Source: Octopus vulgaris
Lineage: Eukaryota
DNA: 64,000 nucleotides
Direction: 5' to 3'
Assembly: GCA_951406725.2 (NCBI GenBank)
Contig: OX597823.1
Location: 46,438,001 to 46,502,000, forward strand
Below the pieces are notes generated by a model that did not search any database, was not told where the DNA came from, and saw only the letters and a program-made list of their open reading frames with translations. A program made the position numbers and the translations under genes. This document shows, one piece after another, positions 54,641 to 64,000 of this stretch (the first letter of the stretch is position 1; each line of letters begins with the position of its first letter).

Positions 54641-55418
54641 TATGTTACATATTCTGAATTTTTTCAAGGATTTTTCAGTGTAGTTTTTGGATACTTTCTC
54701 CTGTTAGTCGTAATAGAGTCTTCAATCAGAATGAATTTATGAGAGGGAGAGTGTACTAGAGTAAATTCTTATGACTACTGACGGCTTTCTTGATTTTGAA
54801 AGAGTATATTCTCTAAAATTCTTGACAGAAATTCAACTACTTAATTAGGAAGTAAAAGACAAAATCATAATAAAAGAAGCTTACTTACGATTTTTTAACA
54901 AAAATGTAAATGCTAGGAACAAATTAACAACGAAAATAACGGAATATCATTAAGATGCTAATTTATGTGTCCTGCTCCAATTATAATATTGATAATAATC
55001 ATAATTTATCCTTCGGTTTATTGTTCATATTTAAAAATCAAACGAAAAGTAAATGAAATTTCAAGTCGTAGTAATAATTTCAATTCCAGTTCTTAATTGT
55101 AGAAGAACTGCTTATATTGGTCATTCACGGAACCTGTATTAGGACGTATGGTTATTGGTAAAATAATTAAATTCTAGAGTGTATGTGAGATAGAATACAC
55201 TGCCCCAAACATGGATAGGAATGACTTTCACAATTATATTGATGTCTGAAAGTTTTAGCTAGCTTAAATTATGAGAATTAAGAGTAAACTGCAACAGCCT
55301 TTTACTGGCGGAATATCTTTCACTTGAGACGATCTCGAAACGTCTCTAACCGTAAAACTTTTCTGTAGTCTGTCTACGTAAGAGTAAATATCCGTGAATA
55401 TATAATTCTCTGTGTGGT

Positions 55419-55628
55419 AATATGTAATATGTAGGTAAATGTTTAAATATTTAAATCTGAATTACAGACTATTTGTTTCTGAAATTCAATATTTCTTTTT
55501 TTTTTTTTTTTTCATTCTTCTTATATTCATTAATATGATAAGAATGAAAAAGAAATACTGAATCTCAGAAACAAATAGTCTGTGATTCGGATTTAAATAT
55601 TTAAACATTTACTTACATATTACATATT
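55419..55628. repeat. Long inverted repeat (~90-bp arms, ~20-nt spacer)
   Basis: Arms differ by 5 transitions plus T-run length (17 vs 5). Confidence 0.93.
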
Positions 55629-56597
55629 GACATACACAATTACATATTTATGTGCGTGCATGAGCCGCCAATATGTTTATATTAGTGTCTGTTTAAACAC
55701 ACTCACACATTCAGAGAAGAAAGACAAAGAGTGTATGAGTGTATGAGCATTTGTGTATGTAAATTTTTATGCATACACGTTTATATATTAGTTTAAAACG
55801 AATATTTTTGTCTGTGCACACACGTGCATAAAACAGCGTATACACATACATACACGATCGTAAATATATAAACCCTACCAATTAGAATGTTAAAGAACGT
55901 TCGTGTCTGTTAAACCAGTGGTTGTGTGGTATTTCTAATATATGCCCGACATCAGATTGTCGGTATTAATCCTACAATTATAAACATTCCTGCACTCATC
56001 TGTCATTAGAATGGGAATTAAAGAGAAAATTCTTCATTTCATTCATGATTTGTTTGTCGGAAACGGCGTATTTCTAAAGAAGCAACACAGACCTATTGAA
56101 ATGATTGTGGTTATGGAAAACGAGCGTGTCTCAATCTGTGTCATGTATTGATTCTTGTTATTGTTGTTGGTGGTGGTGTTTTCTTTCTTAAATCAATGTG
56201 AGCCAGATCAATGCAATAGATCGTGTCTTTGATTGCTGATTTGATTGTGCAACTGACAAACTCTACTGAACAACAAGAATTCAGAACTTCATCGCCTCAA
56301 TAAATTTAACACACCTAAGTTCGGTGAATAAAAACATTTGAAATCTATATATAGAAAAGTGGGAAAATCCAATCGTGTGACAAATAACAACTAAAGAGAA
56401 AGTCAAATAGAAAATAAAAAATAAATCGAAAACTAGAATCGACCCAGCTTCATAATATTAAATCCTCATCAAATATTTTTTCCACAAACCGTATTGATTT
56501 TATTTCCAATTATTGCTTCAGTCAGTTAGAACTCCGAATTGGTGCATTCATTGGTTTGGTCTTTTGAGACCACTGTTCAGCGGTTCCCTTCACATAC

Positions 56598-56749
56598 TGA
56601 CCGGTATGGGATTCTATGTTGATTTGTGTAATTTGCTTCGTATGAGTATGGGTTATTCATGGAAAACGGCTGGGAAATAAAACCGACATCTTCCGGACAT
56701 TTTTTAATAAGCTGAACGTATGGTTGGTTCAAGGTATTAGAATGCTTCA
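56598..56749 (-). CDS. Candidate exon (KHSNTLNQPYVQLIKKCPEDVGFISQPF…HRIPYRS)
   Basis: ctaat branch-like site, tatccag| acceptor, |gtatgt donor, 152 nt, phase 1 to 0. Confidence 0.62.
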
Positions 56750-57027
56750 CTGGATACAAATTAGAAATTTTTATGTAGGGTTGAATTATAAATAAGTTCA
56801 ACACTGCAGAATAACATTTCAACATAACCTGTGCAGTCTATAATTGTATAGTGCCAAATTCTAATATGAAGATGTTGCTTGCTTCAGTAGACAGTTTAAA
56901 GCTCTCTTTTACCGGCACTATACCATTATAACAATTTAGAAATCTCTGCGGTGTTAGGTAATATGAAGTTTTCAAGTTCTTCAAATATCCCAAAGCCATA
57001 TATTACTATTAAAAACCATTGAGTTAC

Positions 57028-57097
57028 GTATGACTCTACAGAGCTTCAAATATTCCGTTGCCATTAGGTCATACAATGGCTCAGTAGGTTCAGGTAA
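57028..57097 (-). CDS. Candidate exon (LPEPTEPLYDLMATEYLKLCRVI)
   Basis: attttgcag| acceptor, c|gtaact donor, 70 nt, phase 0 to 1. Confidence 0.58.
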
Positions 57098-57273
57098 CTG
57101 CAAAATATATATTACTGTGTTCTCAATAAGTCTAATTTTATAATTAGTCGCAAACAAACATATATACGCAGAAATGAATGTACAGAGACATATAATATTA
57201 AAAAAAATATGTATGAATAAATATAAATATATACAATCATACAATCATACATACAAACATGTATATGTTTATG

Positions 57274-57332
<59 letters not shown>

Positions 57333-57351
57333 GTATGCGTGTATGTATGCT

Positions 57352-57382
<31 letters not shown>

Positions 57383-57430
57383 ACGTATATATATCATATA
57401 TATGTGTGTATAAATGTATATATATATGTA

Positions 57431-57484
<54 letters not shown>

Positions 57485-57547
57485 TACATACATACATATA
57501 CATAATACACACACACACATATGTATGTCTTTGTATACATGTAAGTA

Positions 57548-57890
57548 TGGCAGCATGGTTAAGAAACCAAGTGGTTTTGATATCAGTCTTGAAATGTCCT
57601 GAATTTTAATTTGGAAGAGACAGAAATTGTGTGGAAGCCCGTCGTATATATATATACATACACACATCTGTGAGTGTGAGTGTGTATTTGTGTTAGTTCC
57701 TACCCACAGGTTGGTAACCGATGGTGGTTTAATTATGTCACCATAACGAAGCCGGGTAGCAAACATTATCAATACAATAGCTACGAGACTTAAAAATATT
57801 ACAGTGGCTGAATTTTTTTCGAATAAACCTTTCAAGGCGATACCCCAGCATCGCAGATGTTGTATTTGTACTGATTGAAATAAACGAAAC
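57548..57890 (+). mobile_element. Old SINE family B copy
   Basis: gaagcccgtcgtatata…accgatggtggttt…aaggcgataccccagcat. Confidence 0.7.
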
Positions 57891-58434
57891 CCTGAACGCA
57901 CCTAAAAAGCTTATTAGAAACAATTCTAAGCCCACAATGCACAAATAAATAAAAAAACGCATAGCTCATTACTTATTCCTTTCTTTGTGTGTGTGTGCTT
58001 GTGCATGTGCGTGTTTGAGTGTGTATGTGTATGTGTGCTTGTGTGTGTAGCTTGAAAAACTCAATATTTTCTCACGTCCTTCAGCAAATTGTGTTACTTT
58101 AAACAGAGAGATTGAGCAGAATAAAGAATATGCCTTTGGTTAGCTGAAGCTGCAAGTCATGTTGATTGAAATTAATTAGTTTCTCACAACTTCGATCGAC
58201 ACTTTTATGTAGTCTTCACATGATACTTAATTACTACTAGAGAAGAAGCGTTTATCTTGAAATTCACTAGTTACATTTTATCTAAATATTCAACCCTTTT
58301 TTTTTGAATATTTATATCGACCATTATCAAAAAAGTGAAATGTTTTAATAAATGCTGGTGTGGCGTCACTTATGTGACATAGAACAGTTTGCATTATCCT
58401 GATATTGTATATGGTGGACAATATGAAAGTAAGA

Positions 58435-58862
58435 CGGTGAGCTGGCAGAAACGTTAGCACGCCGGGCGAAATGCTTAGCGGTATTTCGTCTGCTGCTACG
58501 TTCTGAGTCCAATTCCCTCCGAGGTCGACTTTGCCTTTCATCCTTTCGGGGTCAATAAATTAAGTACCAGTTACGCACTGGGGTCGATGTAATCGACTTA
58601 ATCCCTTTGTCTGTCCTTGTTTGTCCCCTCTATGTTTAGTCCCTTGTGGGCAATAAAGAAATAAAAAACGTTTACATGCAGGGAAAAATGCTTTGCGGCA
58701 GGCATTTCGTCCGTCTTTACGTTCCGAGTTCAAATCCTACTGAGATCGACTTTGCCTTTCATCCTTTCAGGGTCGATAAAGTAAGTACCATTTAAGTACT
58801 GGAGTCGATGTAATTAACTTAAACCCTTCCCCTAACTTGCTGGCCTAGTACCAAAATTTGTA
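58435..58862 (+). mobile_element. Two tandem SINE family A copies
   Basis: Family-A consensus. Confidence 0.9.
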
Positions 58863-59018
58863 AGAAATATGTATCTGCAGTAATATGGTTTAGGTTCCTG
58901 TTTCAGGTAGATTTTGGTTTTCTATTCTGTTAAATCTTTGACAATATACACATTAATCACTCAATATATTCTTATTCAGAATATTCTTTACTGCTAAAAA
59001 AGCTTCCTTGTTTCTCAC

Positions 59019-59268
59019 CGAATAGTGGAACACACATAGACTTTCAACAATAATCTTCTGCACTTCAAACTGCATAACAATCTTACCAAAACTCTTATTT
59101 TTTCTTGAATCACGTAGATTCACTGAGTAATAATTCGAGAACCATTCACCGACAGAAGTAGAATCTATATTTTGCATGAGTGGTGAAAAGTATCTCAAAA
59201 GAAGAAGCCTGAAACTTTCGCGTCTTCGATTTGTATCTCGCTCTGCTTCGTGTCCTTTGAAATGATAC
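59019..59268 (-). CDS. Candidate exon (…LLLLRYFSPLMQNIDSTSVGEWF…MQFEVQKIIVESLCVFHYS); acceptor at 59268 or 59208
   Basis: 83 open codons; tcg|gtgaga phase-0 donor matches the next exon; two same-phase AG acceptors. Confidence 0.55.
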
Positions 59269-60892
59269 CTAACTGTACTTGTTTTATATATCAGATTTCA
59301 TGAAAAAATAAATATTATGGTATTATAGCAGGTAATGATGACGCAAAATGTAAAACTATGTTCATACAGCCGCAAGGCATGTACAATATAGAATGTCGTT
59401 ATATCATTTAAATTTTACATAATATTGTACACACACATACACACATACCCGTTCTCTCTCTCACTCACATACAAACATTTAGTGTACGAATGTATAATAT
59501 TGTATCTCTTTCTTTCTCTCTCTTTCTCTCTCTCTATCTCCACTACATACACATATACACACATACACACACATACACCCACACAGATACTTATATAAAA
59601 TATTTTGTCATTTTTATTTTGCATTCATTATTTATATATTTTATCTACGCAAGTTCAATGTCTATGTTACTTAAAGATTTAAAACAGGTGCAAAACTAAG
59701 TAAAGACTGCATATACATTAAGTTTAATAAATAGAAATATATCAGATCAAACTGTGTATGAGTGTGCGTGTTTATATGGTAAATTTTAAAATGTTATCTT
59801 TTACACCCTTCTTTGAAAAGCTATCATTCAAATGCAAATATTTTTCTAACTGAGTAACGAGAAATTTCTTGTGAGCAAACAAGTTTTTCCCAAGGGGGTT
59901 TTACTCCATCAAGATCAAGGAAATTAAATTATTTTTATAACCTATAATAACTGCACATTGCAATGGAAATGGCGGAATTTAGAGAAGCAACATATATATA
60001 TATATATATGCTAACCAATGTAACATGCATTTAAATGATGATTTTGCTTCACTACAAGCTGTAATGTGACGAGTTACAAAGTTTAGCATCGCTATTTCGA
60101 GAATATTTAACTGTCTGTTTTAGCAGTTAACAGTGAAAGAATATCTAAGTTTTGAAATGTCTACTTCTAAAATATGCATGGTAAGGAATTTGATATATCA
60201 TATTTTAATATTTATGCGATATCTATTTTCTTAAAGCAAATTAAAGATGTATAATGGAATGTTCGTAAAATATATTTATAGAAAATATGAAATATATATA
60301 CATATGTAAAAAGGATTTTGAAATATATACCAACTTTTGAAGGACATAAAATAAAATTTCAATATCATAAAGAAAAATACGTTATGCTTTGCAATAAATA
60401 TGTTATTAGTCTACAGAGATAATCGTAGAAAAATATAAAACAGGTTCAACTATAACTGACATGCTGTCACATGAGTGTGTCTTCAACGGATGTCTTAGTA
60501 ATGAATATATATTGTGCTTACCAAACCTGCTTTATTTTCATATTAATTCAGATAATTTACTTTCCCATTTCTATGAAGAAAAGTCTGCAGTAAAGTAACT
60601 CTCGTAATCTCAGACGAAAATGAGAGTTAGTGATGTATTCAATAGCTATAAGAGATATATATAAATCCATAAATCAGACGGATAATTGTAGATAAGCAAT
60701 AAACGAGAGTTAGGGAAAAGGGAGAAATTGATAGTTAAAAGTACATGGCTGATTACGTTTGTATTTTGTCACAGGCACCGCAGTTTTTTCAGAAAGTTTT
60801 CAACATTCAGTTGGTCACTCAACCAGGTTGTAAATATACATTGTTTAATGATGGTGGAATTTACCACTCAAAAAAAACTGGGTCCATTACTT

Positions 60893-61316
60893 GGATCTTT
60901 TCGATTTGAACGCAGTTTTTCCTAGCGGTGTCATATGAAATTGTCACCCATAATTATGACCCTAGTATCGATCTATTGCATTTCAATCTATTTTAGGGTT
61001 AGGGTTAGTTAGGGTTAGGGGTGGGGGGAAGGGTATATTTTTTCTTCACAAATGTAAATAAACCCAATCTGTTTTTTAAACGAGGGACATATTCATACGG
61101 CACATAATGTTGTTTACCTCAATGGACGTACTTGATTGGTTGAAATTGCAGAAATTGAAGAAAAAAACAACAAATATCTTACAAACTATAGAATTTTCTC
61201 AATAAAGCCAAGAGAAAAAGATGTTTTATAAACACATTCTACCAGTATACGAAGTTTAAAACTTTTTAGTTACCTAGAAATTATATTAAAAACTGCCGTT
61301 CAAACCAAAAAGATCC
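60893..61316. mobile_element. MITE with GG-starting TIRs and 8(-9)-bp TSD (Merlin-like)
   Basis: TIRs ggatcttttcgatttgaacgcagtttt / aaaactgccgttcaaaccaaaaagatcc; TSD cattactt (60885-60892 / 61317-61324); internal TTAGGG-like repeats. Confidence 0.85.
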
Positions 61317-61801
61317 CATTACTTCGTAATTATTCTCCATTTAAACACGATTCACATATGTGAGTGGTAAAGATTTACTTTTTTGACGTGCTACTGCTCC
61401 GTGGTGTTGCGGAGAAAACAATATACATTCTTATCTGAAGAAATATTGCAATAAAGTGTGAATCAACAATAAAGAGAGAATAAACACTGAAGGCCTCACT
61501 GATACAAATAAATTTCTACTTTTTTTTTATGTATTCAGTATGTGAAGTAACTTTAAATTTAAAGATCACGAGAGCAAAGTCTTTAAACAACAAAATTATT
61601 GACTGAATCTAATATAAGAAAACCAGTTTTATTTTTGTAAGGAATTACCTTATTAATATAAGTTGTCATAATTAATGTTGTGAGACGAGTTTATATCATC
61701 ATCTCGAAAATGTATGATTATTTACTCTCAGTGCCTGATAGCTTGCTTCAAACAGTAGAACGCTACTTTGACCAAGGAAGTTAAATGGTTTACATATGTA
61801 C

Positions 61802-62023
61802 GATTGTTGCGTATGGGTTAGGAAATGCATTTGTGTGGAAGACAGGTTGATAGTTGTTCAAAATGTGACTCCTATAGTCGTAACACAGGATGGAAACCTC
61901 TTTAGTCACTTCATGTATGTAATTAAGCCAGTTCAATTTCCGATTTTTAAGCCAGATCAACAGGAATCAAATGTATTTTGTGAGAGAAAGAAACACTTTC
62001 CATCACATGGAAAAATAATCTGG
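61802..62023 (-). pseudogene. Possible frameshifted upstream exon of the minus-strand gene
   Basis: actttcag| acceptor; RLFFHVMESVSFSHKIH then, in another frame, FLLIWLKNRKLNWLNYIHEVTKEVSILCYDY…PYATI. Confidence 0.3.
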
Positions 62024-62317
62024 CTGAAAGTATTCTAACGAACACAGAGAATACAAAATTGGACATGGAGGAACTTGAACATAGATATATTAATGTATAA
62101 AGTTCGGTGTTCTCAATTTTGTACTCACATAATGTTTATGTTAACTGAACAGGAACAAAATTTCATATATCGAAATGAAAGGAAAATTACATAATGCAGC
62201 CAGCACTAAGCATATTTATAAAATCAGAGATTCAGTTTGCAAGACTTCACTTTTCGATCCTTCCCGAATGTTTTTGCTCGTACGTTTCCTTGTGAATCTT
62301 CAAGACACAACTCAACG

Positions 62318-62454
62318 GGTACTTAATTTATCAACCCCGAAAGAATGAAAGGCAAAGTCGACCTCGGTGGAATTTGAACCCAGAACGTAGCGGCAGACAA
62401 AATACCGATAAATATTTCGCCCGGAGTGCTAACGATTCTACCAGCTGGCCGCCT
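62318..62454 (-). mobile_element. SINE family A 5' part, followed by (AAT)n 62461-62582
   Basis: Family-A head and core. Confidence 0.88.
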
Positions 62455-62531
62455 TTAAGGATAATAATAATAATAATAATAATAGTAATAATAATGACAA
62501 TAAAAATAATAATAATGACAATAACAATAAA

Positions 62532-62580
<49 letters not shown>

Positions 62581-62582
<2 letters not shown>

Positions 62583-63338
62583 CTCTGTCTGTCTTTGTGC
62601 GCTTATGACTCGAGTATTATTCATCCGATCGCGCTGAAATTTTAAACATGGATACATGAGAGAGTGGGGCGTTCCGTAATCTAAAAAGGTTTTCAAAATT
62701 GTCAGGTTCAAAGTGACAATCGCTAGTTTTGTAATCGTTTTGTCCTATTTCTTCCGCCATGCTGTTCATTAAAAGCGACGAGTTGCTCAGACAGCCGGCA
62801 CATACTCTTTCGCTGGCAAACAAATGGAGTACAGGATGACAGTCAGCCAAACTGTCGCTATGCTGCCTCTCTTCTTTTCTCTCTCTCTCACTCTCTCTCT
62901 CTCTCTCTGCCCCCTCTCTCTATACGATTATCTAACTGAAAGCAATAGTCGTCAAATGCAAAAGACCAAAGAACTGTTAATACATATATACATACATAAG
63001 ACAGTAGGGTGTTTTGAGGTAGATTTGGCTGCTATTTCTACCAGGTGTAGCTACTATGTAGAGGTCTCCCTCATTGGTTCACACATACATACATATATAG
63101 CTACATAAGACAGTAAGATGTGATTTGAGGGAGATTTGAGGGATATTTGGATACATGAGAGATCGGGGCTGTTCCGTAATCTAAAAAGATCCTCAAAATT
63201 GTCAGTTTCCAAGTGAGAATCGCTATTTTTGTAATCCTTCTGGCCTGTCTATCGGATGATTAAAGCTTCCATAACACCATCCAAGTTAACCCTCTTCACC
63301 TTTACAAACAGTCCAATGGACGGGGGTCGTTTGCTAGT
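62581..63338 (+). mobile_element. Probable non-autonomous Helitron/Helentron-type element with an internal ~88-bp duplication
   Basis: Starts atctctgtctgtc…ccgatcgcgctgaaattt, ends gggggtcgtttgCTAG|T; 62649-62736 is repeated at 63148-63236. Confidence 0.45.
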
Positions 63339-63689
63339 AATAATACTACGGTCTCTCGTATTTTGTACTATCTACGCTGTATTCTGAACTCTCCACCGTT
63401 CGATTTTCCTTTTCTCTTTTTAACAGAAAGTAAACGAGATTACCTGTCTCGTTCGTTAACAGGAGGTAAACGAGATTACCTGTCCCTTCCCTTGCTCACT
63501 TCCTGTATGTATGTATATATATATATATATATATATACATACCTACGTCATTTCAATTCTGCCAAAAAGATTTATATATCTCATATCTCAAACGCTTATC
63601 TCTCCTCATACAGAAAACATTGTAAGTTCTCTTTCTTCATTATAATTTCTTGTTATTTGCACTGATTATAGATATACATAACACAATAA

Positions 63690-63856
63690 ACAAACAAAAT
63701 GTTAACATTATTTACATTATTTACATTTGACAGATATTTGTCCTCATTTTGTTTGTTGTTAACACGTTTCCTCTGATATAGCCTCCAGGCTTCATCAGGT
63801 GTCTTGGGGGAAATTTTGAACCCGGGTTCTTATTCCTAAGGTATTTTTCGATGTTG

Positions 63857-63858
<2 letters not shown>
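63690..63858 (-). mobile_element. PLE pseudo-LTR-like repeat with degenerate hammerhead (63762-63802)
   Basis: acac-CTGATGA-a…GAAA-c-gtgt on the minus strand; adjacent to (ATT)n. Confidence 0.55.
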
Positions 63859-63929
<71 letters not shown>

Positions 63930-63942
63930 TCGGATCATGCCC

Positions 63943-64000
63943 GTGGGCATGTGGCGTAGTGGTTAAGAATGCGGGCTACTAACCCCAAGATTCCGAGTTC
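63943..64000 (+). mobile_element. tRNA-like SINE head truncated by the window end
   Basis: tggcgtagtggttaag A box and start of B box gagttc. Confidence 0.6.

Noticed and set aside
60993-61020. Telomere or chromosome-fusion scar
   Set aside because: Only a few imperfect units, located inside a MITE.

Overview
Eukaryotic, AT-rich, microsatellite-saturated DNA. The SINE and microsatellite landscape looks like a coleoid cephalopod, probably Octopus (inference from repeat families, not proven). Almost all ORFs in the supplied track are microsatellite or SINE artefacts. Real content: (1) a ~6 kb stack of same-orientation R4/Dong-type non-LTR retrotransposon 3' ends, each bounded by (AAT)n, including one near-intact RT + CCHC + REL endonuclease copy; (2) four tRNA-derived SINE families, one forming head-to-tail multimers with a fixed junction inside a single TSD; (3) mariner, maT, hAT-like and Merlin-like DNA transposon remnants and MITEs; (4) Penelope-like (PLE) debris with several minimal hammerhead-ribozyme motifs; (5) a decayed Helitron helicase, 782 bp of which has been copied in inverted orientation ~2.3 kb away between TCCAC direct repeats; (6) a phase-compatible chain of minus-strand exons (~59.3 to 49.3 kb) of an unidentified, possibly decaying host gene with an in-frame TGA and an intronic long hairpin. 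All comparisons were made by eye; no database searches were possible.
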